From Auanema rhodensis (Eukaryota; Animalia; Nematoda), in NCBI GenBank assembly GCA_964057225.1, contig CAXKVF010000077.1, forward strand, positions 310,001-374,000: DNA of 64,000 bases, read 5' to 3'. The notes beneath the pieces were generated by a model that saw only the letters and a program-made list of their open reading frames with translations, searched no databases and was not told the origin of the DNA. The stretch's first letter is position 1; the number at the start of each line of letters is the position of its first letter. Shown here in pieces: positions 11,787-26,200 of the stretch. The position numbers and the translations under genes are program-made.

Positions 11787-14700
11787 CATTTAATTAGCAT
11801 AAATTAAAGTTCACGTAAATTTCAAAGTCATGGTTACCATGAACCAATATCAATAAAAATTTGTTTTTAGACTAATATGGACATGGGGAATCTAATTTTG
11901 AAAACCGCATCTCTTTATCTTTCACGTGAAGCGAGTTACATACCAAGTGCACATCACGTGTACATTTAATTAGCATAAATTAAAGTTCACGTAAATTTCA
12001 AAGTCATGGTTACCATGAACCAATATCAATAAAAATTTGTTTTTAGACTAATATGGACATGGGGAATCTAATTTTGAAAACCGCATCTCTTTATCTTTCA
12101 CGTGAAGCGAGTTACATACCAAGTGCACATCACGTGTACATTTAATTAGCATAAATTAAAGTTCACGTAAATTTCAAAGTCATGGTTACCATGCACCAAT
12201 ATCAATAAAAATTTGTTTTTAAACTAATATGGACATGGGGAATCTAATTTTGAAAACCGCATCTCTTTATCTTTCACGTGAAGCGAGTTACATACCAAGT
12301 GCACATCACGTGTACATTTAATTAGCATAAATTAAAGTTCACGTAAATTTCAAAGTCATGGTTACCATGCACCAATATCGATAAAAATTTGTTTTTAGAC
12401 TAATATGGACATGGGGAATCTAATTTTGAAAACCGCATCTCTTTATCTTTCACGTGAAGCGAGTTACATACCAAGTGCACATCACGTGTACATTTAATTA
12501 GCATAAATTAAAGTTCACGTAAATTTCAAAGTCATGGTTACCATGAACCAATATCAATAAAAATTTGTTTTTAGACTAATATGGACATGGGGAATCTAAT
12601 TTTGAAAACCGCATCTCTTTATCTTTCACGTGAAGCGAGTTCCATACCAAGTGCACATCACGTGTACATTTAATTAGCATAAATTAAAGTTCACGTAAAT
12701 TTCAAAGTCATGGTTACCATGAACCAATATCAATAAAAATTTGTTTTTAGACTAATATGGACATGGGGAATCTAATTTTGAAAACCGCATCTCTTTATCT
12801 TTCACGTGAAGCGAGTTACATACCAAGTGCACATCACGTGTACATTTAATTAGCATAAATTAAAGTTCACGTAAATTTCGAAGTCATGGTTACCATGCAC
12901 CAATATCAATAAAATTTTGTTTTTAGACTAATATGGACATGGGGAATCTAATTTTGAAAACCGCATCTCTTTATCTTTCACGTGAAGCGAGTTACATACC
13001 AAGTGCACATCACGTGTACATTTAATTAGCATAAATTAAAGTTCACGTAAATTTCAAAGTCATGGTTACCATGCACCAATATCAATAAAATTTTGTTTTT
13101 AGACTAATATGGACATGGGGAATCTAATTTTGAAAACAGCAGCTCTTCATCTTTCACGTGAAGCGAGTTACATACCAAGTGCACATCACGTGTACATTTA
13201 ATTAGCATAAATTAAAGTTCACGTAAATTTCAAAGTCATGGTTACCATGAAGCAATATCAATAAAAATTTGTTTTTAGACTAATATGGACATGGGGAATC
13301 TAATTTTGAAAACCGCATCTTTTTATCTTTCACGTGAAGCGAGTTACATACCAAGTGCACATCACGTGTACATTTAATTAGCATAAATTAAAGTTCACGT
13401 AAATTTCAAAGTCATGGTTACCATGAACCAATATCAATAAAAATTTGTTTTTAGACTAATATGGACATGGGGAATCTAATTTTGAAAACCGCATCTCTTT
13501 ATCTTTCACATGAAGCGAGTTACATACCAAGTGCACATCACGTGTACATTTAATTAGCATAAATTAAAGTTCACGTAAATTTCAAAGTCATGGTTACCAT
13601 GAAGCAATATCAATAAAAATTTGTTTTTAGACTAATATGGACATGGGGAATCTAATTTTGAAAACCGCATCTTTTTATCTTTCACGTGAAGCGAGTTACA
13701 TACCAAGTGCACATCACGTGTACATTTAATTAGCATAAATTAAAGTTCACGTAAATTTCAAAGTCATGGTTACCATGAACCAATATCAATAAAAATTTGT
13801 TTTTAGACTAATATGGACATGGGGAATCTAATTTTGAAAACCGCATCTCTTTATCTTTCACGTGAAGCGAGTTACATACCAAGTGCACATCACGTGTACA
13901 TTTAATTAGCATAAATTAAAGTTCACGTAAATTTCAAAGTCATGGTTACCATGCACCAATATCAATAAAAATTTGTTTTTAGACTAATATGGACATGGAG
14001 AATCTAATTTTGAAAACCGCATCTCTTTATCTTTCACGTGAAGCGAGTTACATACCAAGTGCACATCACGTGTACATTTAATTAGCATAAATTAAAGTTC
14101 ACGTAAATTTCAAAGTCATGGTTACCATGAACCAATATCAATGAAAATTTGTTTTTAGACTAATATGGACATGGGGAATCTAATTTTGAAAACCGCATCT
14201 CTTTATCTTTCACGTGAAGCGAGTTACATACCAAGTGCACATCACGTGTACATTTAATTAGCATAAATTAAAGTTCACGTAAATTTCAAAGTCATGGTTA
14301 CCATGAACCAATATCAATAAAAATTTGTTTTTAGACTAATATGGACATGGGGAATCTAATTTTGAAAACCGCATCTCTTTATCTTTCACGTGAAGCGAGT
14401 TACATACCAAGTGCACATCACGTGTACATTTAATTAGCATAAATTAAAGTTCACGTAAATTTCAAAGTCATGGTTACCATGCACCAATATCAATAAAAAT
14501 TTGTTTTTAGACTAATATGGACATGGGGAATCTAATTTTGAAAACCGCATCTCTTTATCTTTCACGTGAAGCGAGTTACATACCAAGTGCACATCACGTG
14601 TACATTTAATTAGCATAAATTAAAGTTCACGTAAATTTCAAAGTCATGGTTACCATGAACCAATATCAATAAAAATTTGTTTTTAGACTAATATGGACAT

Positions 14701-17700
14701 GGGGAATCTAATTTTGAAAACCGCATCTCTTTATCTTTCACATGAAGCGAGTTACATACCAAGTGCACATCACGTGTACATTTAATTAGCATAAATTAAA
14801 GTTCACGTAAATTTCAAAGTCATGGTTACCATGAAGCAATATCAATAAAAATTTGTTTTTAGACTAATATGGACATGGGGAATCTAATTTTGAAAACCGC
14901 ATCTTTTTATCTTTCACGTGAAGCGAGTTACATACCAAGTGCACATCACGTGTACATTTAATTAGCATAAATTAAAGTTCACGTAAATTTCAAAGTCATG
15001 GTTACCATGAACCAATATCAATAAAAATTTGTTTTTAGATTAATATGGACATGGGGAATCTAATTTTGAAAACCGCATCTCTTTATCTTTCACGTGAAGC
15101 GAGTTACATACCAAGTGCACATCACGTGTACATTTAATTAGCATAAATTAAAGTTCACGTAAATTTCAAAGTCATGGTTACCATGCACCAATATCAATAA
15201 AAATTTGTTTTTAGACTAATATGGACATGGGGAATCTAATTTTAAAAACCGCATCTCTTTATCTTTCACGTGAAGCGAGTTACATACCTAGTGCACATCA
15301 CGTGTGCATTTAATTAGCATAAATTAAAGTTCACGTAAATTTCAAAGTCATAGTTACCATGAACCAATATCAATAAAAATTTGTTTTTAGACTAATATGG
15401 ACATGGGGAATCTAATTTTGAAAACCGCATCTCTTTATCTTTCACGTGAAGCGAGTTATATACCAAGTGCACATCACGTGTACATTTAATTAGCATAAAT
15501 TAAAGTTCACGTAAATTTCAAAGTCATGGTTACCATGAAGCAATATCAATAAAAATTTCTTTTAGACTAATATGGACATGGGAAATCTAATTTTGAAAAC
15601 CGCATCTCTTTATCTTTCACGTGAAGCGAGTTACATACCAAGTGCACATCACGTGTACATTTAATTAGCATAAATTAAAGTTCACGTAAATTTCAAAGTC
15701 ATGGTTACCATGAACCAATATCAATAAAAATTTGTTTTTAGACTAATATGGACATGGGGAATCTAATTTTGAAAACCGCATCTCTTTATCTTTCACGTGA
15801 AGCGAGTTACATACCAAGTGCACATCACGTGTACATTTAATTAGCATAAATTAAAGTTCACGTAAATTTCAAAGTCATGGTTACCATGAAGCAATATCAA
15901 TAAAAATTTGTTTTTAGACTAATATGGACATGGGGAATCTAATTTTGAAAACCGCATCTCTTTATCTTTCACGTGAAGCGAGTTACATACCAAGTGCACA
16001 TCACGTGTACATTTAATTAGCATAAATTAAAGTTCACGTAAATTTCAAAGTCATGGTTACCATGAAGCAATATCAATAAAAATTTCTTTTAGACTAATAT
16101 GGACATGGGAAATCTAATTTTGAAAACCGCATCTCTTTATCTTTCACGTGAAGCGAGTTACATACCAAGTGCACATCACGTGTACATTTAATTAGCATAA
16201 ATTAAAGTTCACGTAAATTTCAAAGTCATGGTTACCATGAACCAATATCAATAAAAATTTGTTTTTAGACTAATATGGACATGGGGAATCTAATTTTGAA
16301 AACCGCATTTCTTCATCTTTCACGTGAAGCGAGTTACATACCAAGTGCACATCACGTGTACATTTAATTAGCATAAATTAAAGTTCACGTAAATTTCAAA
16401 GTCATGGTTACCATGCACCAATATCAATAAAAATTTGTTTTTAGACTAATATGGACATGGGGGATCTAATTTTGAAAACCGCATCTCTTTATCTTTCACG
16501 TGAAGCGAGTTACATACCAAGTGCACATCACGTGTACATTTAATTAGCATAAATTAAAGTTCACGTAAATTTCAAAGTCATGGTTACCATGAACCAATAT
16601 CAATAAAAATTTGTTTTTAGACTAATATGGACATGGGGAATCTAATTTTGAAAACCGCATCTCTTTATCTTTCACGTGAAGCGAGTTCCATACCAAGTGC
16701 ACATCACGTGTACATTTAATTAGCATAAATTAAAGTTCACGTAAATTTCAAAGTCATGGTTACCATGAACCAATATCAATAAAAATTTGTTTTTAGACTA
16801 ATATGGACATGGGGAATCTAATTTTGAAAACCGCATCTCTTTATCTTTCACGTGAAGCGAGTTACATACCAAGTGCACATCACGTGTACATTTAATTAGC
16901 ATAAATTAAAGTTCACGTAAATTTCAAAGTCATGGTTACCATGCACCAATATCAATAAAATTTTGTTTTTAGACTAATATGGACATGGGGAATCTAATTT
17001 TGAAAACCGCATCTCTTTATCTTTCACGTGAAGCGAGTTACATACCAAGTGCACATCACGTGTACATTTAATTAGCATAAATTAAAGTTCACGTAAATTT
17101 CAAAGTCATGGTTACCATGCACCAATATCAATAAAATTTTGTTTTTAGACTAATATGGACATGGGGAATCTAATTTTGAAAACCGCATCTCTTTATCTTT
17201 CACGTGAAGCGAGTTACATACCAAGTGCACATCACGTGTACATTTAATTAGCATAAATTAAAGTTCACGTAAATTTCAAAGTCATGGTTACCATGCACCA
17301 ATATCAATAAAAATTTGTTTTTAGACTAATATGGACATGGGGAATCTAATTTTGAAAACCGCATCTCTTTATCTTTCACGTGAAGCGAGTTACATACCAA
17401 GTGCACATCACGTGTACATTTAATTAGCATAAATTAAAGTTCACGTAAATTTCAAAGTCATGGTTACCATGCACCAATATCAATAAAAATTTGTTTTTAG
17501 ACTAATATGGACATGGGGAATCTAATTTTGAAAACCGCATCTCTTTATCTTTCACGTGAAGCGAGTTACATACCAAGTGCACATCACGTGTACATTTAAT
17601 TAGCATAAATTAAAGTTCACGTAAATTTCAAAGTCATGGTTACCATGAACCAATATCAATAAAAATTTGTTTTTAGACTAATATGGACATGGGGAATCTA

Positions 17701-20700
17701 ATTTTGAAAACCGCATCTCTTTATCTTTCACGTGAAGCGAGTTACATACCAAGTGCACATCACGTGTACATTTAATTAGCATAAATTAAAGTTCACGTAA
17801 ATTTCAAAGTCATGGTTACCATGAACCAATATCAATAAAAATTTGTGTTAAGACTAATATGGACATGGGGAATCTAATTTTGAAAACCGCATCTCTTTAT
17901 CTTTCACGTGAAGCGAGTTACATACCAAGTGCACATCACGTGTACATTTAATTAGCATAAATTAAAGTTCACGTAAATTTCAAAGTCATGGTTACCATGA
18001 ACCAATATCAATAAAAATTTGTTTTTAGACTAATATGGACATGGGGAATCTGATTTTGAAAACCGCATTTCTTTATCTTTCACGTGAAGCGAGTTACATA
18101 CCAAGTGCACATCACGTGTACATTTAATTAGCATAAATTAAAGTTCACGTAAATTTCAAAGTCATGGTTACCATGAACCAATATCAATAAAAATTTGTTT
18201 TTAGACTAATATGGACATGGGGAATCTAATTTTAAAAACCGCATCTCTTTATCTTTCACGTGAAGCGAGTTACATACCAAGTGCACATCACGTGTACATT
18301 TAATTAGCATAAATTAAAGTTCACGTAAATTTCAAAGTCATGGTTACCATGAACCAATATCAATAAAAATTTGTTTTTAGACTAATATGGACATGGGGAA
18401 TCTAATTTTGAAAACCGCATCTCTTTATCTTTCACGTGAAGCGAGTTACATACCAAGTGCACATCACGTGTACATTTAATTAGCATAAATTAAAGTTCAC
18501 GTAAATTTCAAAGTCATGGTTACCATGAACCAATATCAATGAAAATTTGTTTTTAGACTAATATGGACATGGGGAATCTAATTTTGAAAACCGCATCTCT
18601 TTATCTTTCACGTGAAGCGAGTTACATACCAAGTGCACATCACGTGTACATTTAATTAGCATAAATTAAAGTTCACGTAAATTTCAAAGTCATGGTTACC
18701 ATGAACCAATATCAATAAAAATTTGTTTTTAGACTAATATGGACATGGGGAATCTAATTTTGAAAACCGCATCTCTTTATCTTTCACGTGAAGCGAGTTA
18801 CATACCAAGTGCACATCACGTGTACATTTAATTAGCATAAATTAAAGTTCACGTAAATTTCAAAGTCATGGTTACCATGCACCAATATCAATAAAAATTT
18901 GTTTTTAGACTAATATGGACATGGGGAATCTAATTTTGAAAACCGCATCTCTTTATCTTTCACGTGAAGCGAGTTACATACCAAGTGCACATCACGTGTA
19001 CATTTAATTAGCATAAATTAAAGTTCACGTAAATTTCAAAGTCATGGTTACCATGAACCAATATCAATAAAAATTTGTTTTTAGACTAATATGGACATGG
19101 GGAATCTAATTTTGAAAACCGCATCTCTTTATCTTTCACATGAAGCGAGTTACATACCAAGTGCACATCACGTGTACATTTAATTAGCATAAATTAAAGT
19201 TCACGTAAATTTCAAAGTCATGGTTACCATGAAGCAATATCAATAAAAATTTGTTTTTAGACTAATATGGACATGGGGAATCTAATTTTGAAAACCGCAT
19301 CTTTTTATCTTTCACGTGAAGCGAGTTACATACCAAGTGCACATCACGTGTACATTTAATTAGCATAAATTAAAGTTCACGTCAATTTCAAAGTCATGGT
19401 TACCATGCACCAATATCAATAAAAATTTGTTTTTAGACTAATATGGACATGGGGGATCTAATTTTGAAAACCGCATCTCTTTATCTTTCACGTGAAGCGA
19501 GTTACATACCAAGTGCACATCACGTGTACATTTAATTAGCATAAATTAAAGTTCACGTAAATTTCAAAGTCATGGTTACCATGAACCAATATCAATAAAA
19601 ATTTGTTTTTAGACTAATATGGACATGGGGAATCTAAGTTTGAAAACCGCATCTCTTTATCTTTCACGTGAAGCGAGTTACATACCAAGTGCACATCACG
19701 TGTACATTTAATTAGCATAAATTAAAGTTCACGTAAATTTCAAAGTCATGGTTACCATGAACCAATATCAATAAAAATTTGTTTTTAGACTAATATGGAC
19801 ATGGGGAATCTAATTTTGAAAACCGCATCTCTTTATCTTTCACGTGAAGCGAGTTACATACCAAGTGCACATCACGTGTACATTTAATTAGCATAAATTA
19901 AAGTTCACGTAAATTTCAAAGTCATGGTTACCATGAACCAATATCAATAAAAATTTGTTTTTAGACTAATATGGACATGGGGAATCTGATTTTGAAAACC
20001 GCATCTCTTTATCTTTCACGTGAAGCGAGTTACATACCAAGTGCACATCACGTGTACATTTAATTAGCATAAATTAAAGTTCACGTAAATTTCAAAGTCA
20101 TGGTTACCATGAACCAATATCAATAAAAATTTGTTTTTAGACTAATATGGACATGGGGAATCTAATTTTAAAAACCGCATCTCTTTATCTTTCACGTGAA
20201 GCGAGTTACATACCAAGTGCACATCACGTGTACATTTAATTAGCATAAATTAAAGTTCACGTAAATTTCAAAGTCATGGTTACCATGAACCAATATCAAT
20301 AAAAATTTGTTTTTAGACTAATATGGACATGGGGAATCTAATTTTGAAAACCGCATCTCTTTATCTTTCACGTGAAGCGAGTTACATACCAAGTGCACAT
20401 CACGTGTACATTTAATTAGCATAAATTAAAGTTCACGTAAATTTCAAAGTCATGGTTACCATGAACCAATATCAATGAAAATTTGTTTTTAGACTAATAT
20501 GGACATGGGGAATCTAATTTTGAAAACCGCATCTCTTTATCTTTCACGTGAAGCAAGTTACATACCAAGTGCACATCACGTGTACATTTAATTAGCATAA
20601 ATTAAAGTTCACGTAAATTTCAAAGTCATGGTTACCATGAACCAATATCAATAAAAATTTGTTTTTAGACTAATATGGACATGGGGAATCTAATTTTGAA

Positions 20701-23223
20701 AACCGCATCTCTTTATCTTTCACGTGAAGCGAGTTACATACCAAGTGCACATCACGTGTACATTTAATTAGCATAAATTGAAGTTCACGTAAATTTCAAA
20801 GTCATGGTTACCATGCACCAATATCAATAAAAATTTGTTTTTAGACTAATATGGACATGGGGAATCTAATTTTGAAAACCGCATCTCTTTATCTTTCACG
20901 TGAAGCGAGTTACATACCAAGTGCACATCACGTGTACATTTAATTAGCATAAATTAAAGTTCACGTAAATTTCAAAGTCATGGTTACCATGAACCAATAT
21001 CAATAAAAATTTGTTTTTAGACTAATATGGACATGGGGAATCTAATTTTGAAAACCGCATCTCTTTATCTTTCACATGAAGCGAGTTACATACCAAGTGC
21101 ACATCACGTGTACATTTAATTAGCATAAATTAAAGTTCACGTAAATTTCAAAGTCATGGTTACCATGAAGCAATATCAATAAAAATTTGTTTTTAGACTA
21201 ATATGGACATGGGGAATCTAATTTTGAAAACCGCATCTTTTTATCTTTCACGTGAAGCGAGTTACATACCAAGTGCACATCACGTGTACATTTAATTAGC
21301 ATAAATTAAAGTTCACGTAAATTTCAAAGTCATGGTTACCATGAACCAATATCAATAAAAATTTGTTTTTCGACTAATATGGACATGGGGAATCTAATTT
21401 TGAAAACCGCATCTCTTTATCTTTCACGTGAAGCGAGTTACATACCAAGTGCACATCACGTGTACATTTAATTAGCATAAATTAAAGTTCACGTAAATTT
21501 CAAAGTCATGGTTACCATGAACCAATATCAATAAAAATTTGTTTTTAGACTAATATGGACATGGGGAATCTAATTTTGAAAACCGCATCTCTTTATCTTT
21601 CACGTGAAGCGAGTTACATACCAAGTGCACATCACGTGTACATTTAATTAGCATAAATTAAAGTTCACGTAAATTTCAAAGTCATGGTTACCATGAAGCA
21701 ATATCAATAAAAATTTCTTTTAGACTAATATGGACATGGGAAATCTAATTTTGAAAACCGCATCTCTTTATCTTTCACGTGAAGCGAGTTACATACCAAG
21801 TGCACATCACGTGTACATTTAATTAGCATAAATTAAAGTTCACGTAAATTTCAAAGTCATGGTTACCATGAACCAATATCAATAAAAATTTGTTTTTAGA
21901 CTAATATGGACATGGGGAATCTAATTTTGAAAACCGCATCTCTTTATCTTTCACGTGAAGCGAGTTACATACCAAGTGCACATCACGTGTACATTTAATT
22001 AGCATAAATTAAAGTTCACGTAAATTTCAAAGTCATGGTTACCATGAAGCAATATCAATAAAAATTTGTTTTTAGACTAATATGGACATGGGGAATCTAA
22101 TTTTGAAAACCGCATCTCTTTATCTTTCACGTGAAGCGAGTTACATACCTAGTGCACATCACGTGTACATTTAATTAGCATAAATTAAAGATCACGTAAA
22201 TTTCAAAGTCATAGTTACCATGAACCAATATCAATAAAAATTTGTTTTTAGACTAATATGGACATGGGGAATCTAATTTTGAAAACCGCATCTCTTTATC
22301 TTTCACGTGAAGCGAGTTACATACCAAGTGCACATCACGTGTACATTTAATTAGCATAAATTAAAGTTCACGTAAATTTCAAAGTCATGGTTACCATGCA
22401 CCAATATCAATAAAAATTTGTTTTTAGACTAATATGGACATGGGAAATCTAATTTTGAAAACCGCATCTCTTTATCTTTCACGTGAAGCGAGTTACATAC
22501 CTAGTGCACATCACGTGTACATTTAATTAGCATAAATTAAAGTTCACGTAAATTTCAAAGTCATGGTTACCATGAATCAATATCAATAAAAATTTGTTTT
22601 TAGACTAATATGGACATGGGGAATCTAATTTTGAAAACCGCATCTCTTTATCTTTCACGTGAAGCGAGTTACATACCAAGTGCACATCACGTGTACATTT
22701 AATTAGCATAAATTAAAGTTCACGTAAATTTCAAAGTCATGGTTACCATGCACCAATATCAATAAAAATTTGTTTTTAGACTAATATGGACATGGGGGAT
22801 CTAATTTTGAAAACCGCATCTCTTTATCTTTCACGTGAAGCGAGTTACATACCAAGTGCACATCACGTGTACATTTAATTAGCATAAATTAAAGTTCACG
22901 TAAATTTCAAAGTCATGGTTACCATGAACCAATATCAATAAAAATTTGTTTTTAGACTAATATGGACATGGGGAATCTAATTTTGAAAACCGCATCTCTT
23001 TATCTTTCACGTGAAGCGAGTTACATACCAAGTGCACATCACGTGTACATTTAATTAGCATAAATTAAAGTTCACGTAAATTTCAAAGTCATGGTTACCA
23101 TGAACCAATATCAATAAAAAATTGTTTTTAGACTAATATGGACATGAGCAATCTAATTTTGAGAACCGCATCTCTTTATCTTTCACGTGAAGCGAGTTAC
23201 ATACCAAGTGCACATCACGTGTA
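11787..23223. repeat. Degenerate domain-A-related region with partial 8-mer copies and an 11-monomer-offset duplication
   Basis: Partial 8-mer at 14603-15657. Deletion monomers at 15483, 16010, 21641. Block 17945-19352 recurs at 19881-21288 (offset 1936). Confidence 0.75.
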
Positions 23224-26200
23224 CATTTAATTAGCATAAATTAAAGTTCACGTAAATTTCAAAGTCATGGTTACCATGAACCAATATCAATAAAAATTTG
23301 TTTTTAGACTAATATGGACATGGGGAATCTAATTTTGAAAACCGCATCTCTTTATCTTTCACGTGAAGCGAGTTACATACCAAGTGCACATCACGTGTAC
23401 ATTTAATTAGCATAAATTAAAGTTCACGTAAATTTCAAAGTCATGGTTACCATGAACCAATATCAATAAAAATTTGTTTTTAGACTAATATGGACATGGG
23501 GAATCTAATTTTGAAAACCGCATCTCTTTATCTTTCACGTGAAGCGAGTTACATACCAAGTGCACATCACGTGTACATTTAATTAGCATAAATTAAAGTT
23601 CACGTAAATTTCAAAGTCATGGTTACCATGCACCAATATCAATAAAAATTTGTTTTTAGACTAATATGGACATGGGGAATCTAATTTTGAAAACCGCATC
23701 TCTTCATCTTTCACGTGAAGCGAGTTACATACCAAGTGCACATCACGTGTACATTTAATTAGCATAAATTAAAGTTCACGTAAATTTCAAAGTCATGGTT
23801 ACCATTCACCAATATCAATAAAAATTTGTTTTTAGACTAATATGGACATGGGGAATCTAATTTTGAAAACCGCATCTCTTTATCTTTCACGTGAAGCGAG
23901 TTACATACCAAGTGCACATCACGTGTACATTTAATTAGCATAAATTAAAGTTCACGTAAATTTCAAAGTCATGGTTACCATGAACCAATATCAATAAAAA
24001 TTTGTTTTTAGACTAATATGGACATGGGGAATCTAATTTTGAAAACCGCATCTCTTTATCTTTCACGTGAAGCGAGTTACATACCAAGTGCACATCACGT
24101 GTACATTTAATTAGCATAAATTAAAGTTCACGTAAATTTCAAAGTCATGGTTACCATGCACCAATATCAATAAAAATTTGTTTTTAGACTAATATGGACA
24201 TGGGGAATCTAATTTTGAAAACCGCATCTCTTCATCTTTCACGTGAAGCGAGTTACATACCAAGTGCACATCACGTGTACATTTAATTAGCATAAATTAA
24301 AGTTCACGTAAATTTCAAAGTCATGGTTACCATTCACCAATATCAATAAAAATTTGTTTTTAGACTAATATGGACATGGGGAATCTAATTTTGAAAACCG
24401 CATCTCTTTATCTTTCACGTGAAGCGAGTTACATACCAAGTGCACATCACGTGTACATTTAATTAGCATAAATTAAAGTTCACGTAAATTTCAAAGTCAT
24501 GGTTACCATGAACCAATATCAATAAAAATTTGTTTTTAGACTAATATGGACATGGGGAATCTAATTTTGAAAACCGCATCTCTTTATCTTTCACGTGAAG
24601 CGAGTTACATACCAAGTGCACATCACGTGTACATTTAATTAGCATAAATTAAAGTTCACGTAAATTTCAAAGTCATGGTTACCATGCACCAATATCAATA
24701 AAATTTTGTTTTTAGACTAATATGGACATGGGGAATCTAATTTTGAAAACCGCATCTCTTTATCTTTCACGTGAAGCGAGTTACATACCAAGTGCACATC
24801 ACGTGTACATTTAATTAGCATAAATTAAAGTTCACGTAAATTTCAAAGTCATGGTTACCATACACCAATATCAATAAAAATTTGTTTTTAGACTAATATG
24901 GACATGGGGAATCTAATTTTGAAAACCGCATCTCTTTATCTTTCACGTGAAGCGAGTTACATACCAAGTGCACATCACGTGTACATTTAATTAGCATAAA
25001 TTAAAGTTCACGTAAATTTCAAAGTCATGGTTACCATGCACCAATATCAATAACAATTTGTTTTTAGACTAATATGGACATGGGGAATCTAATTTTGAAA
25101 ACCGCATCTCTTTATCTTTCACGTGAAGCGAGTTACATACCAAGTGCACATCACGTGTACATTTGATTAGCATAAATTGAAGTTCACGTAAATTTCAAAG
25201 TCATGGTTACCATGCACCAATATCAATAAAAATTTGTTTTTAGACTAATATGGACATGGGGAATCTAATTTTGAGAACAGCATCTCTTCATCTTTCACGT
25301 GAAGCGAGTTACATACCAAGTGCACATCACGTGTACATTTAATTAGCATAAATTAAAGTTCACGTAAATTTCAAAGTCATAGTTACCATGAACCAATATC
25401 AATAAAAATTTGTTTTTAGACTAATATGGACATGGGGAATCTAATTTTGAAAACCGCATCTCTTTATCTTTCACGTGAAGCGAGTTACATACCAAGTGCA
25501 CATCACGTGTACATTTAATTAGCATAAATTAAAGTTCACGTAAATTTCAAAGTCATGGTTACCATGCACCAATATCAATAAAATTTTGTTTTTAGACTAA
25601 TATGGACATGGGGAATCTAATTTTGAAAACCGCATCTCTTTATCTTTCACGTGAAGCGAGTTACATACCAAGTGCACATCACGTGTACATTTAATTAGCA
25701 TAAATTAAAGTTCACGTAAATTTCAAAGTCATGGTTACCATACACCAATATCAATAAAAATTTGTTTTTAGACTAATATGGACATGGGGAATCTAATTTT
25801 GAAAACCGCATCTCTTTATCTTTCACGTGAAGCGAGTTACATACCAAGTGCACATCACGTGTACATTTAATTAGCATAAATTAAAGTTCACGTAAATTTC
25901 AAAGTCATGGTTACCATGAACCAATATCAATAAAAATTTGTTTTCAGACTAATATGGACATGGGGAATCTAATTTTGAAAACCGCATCTCTTTATCTTTC
26001 ACGTGAAGCGAGTTACATACCAAGTGCACATCACGTGTACATTTAATTTGCATAAATTAAAGTTCACGTAAATTTCAAAGTCATGGTTACCATGCACCAA
26101 TATCAATAAAAATTTGTTTTTAGACTAATATGGACATGGGGAATCTAATTTTGAAAACCGCATCTCTTTATCTTTCACGTGAAGCGAGTTACATACCAAG

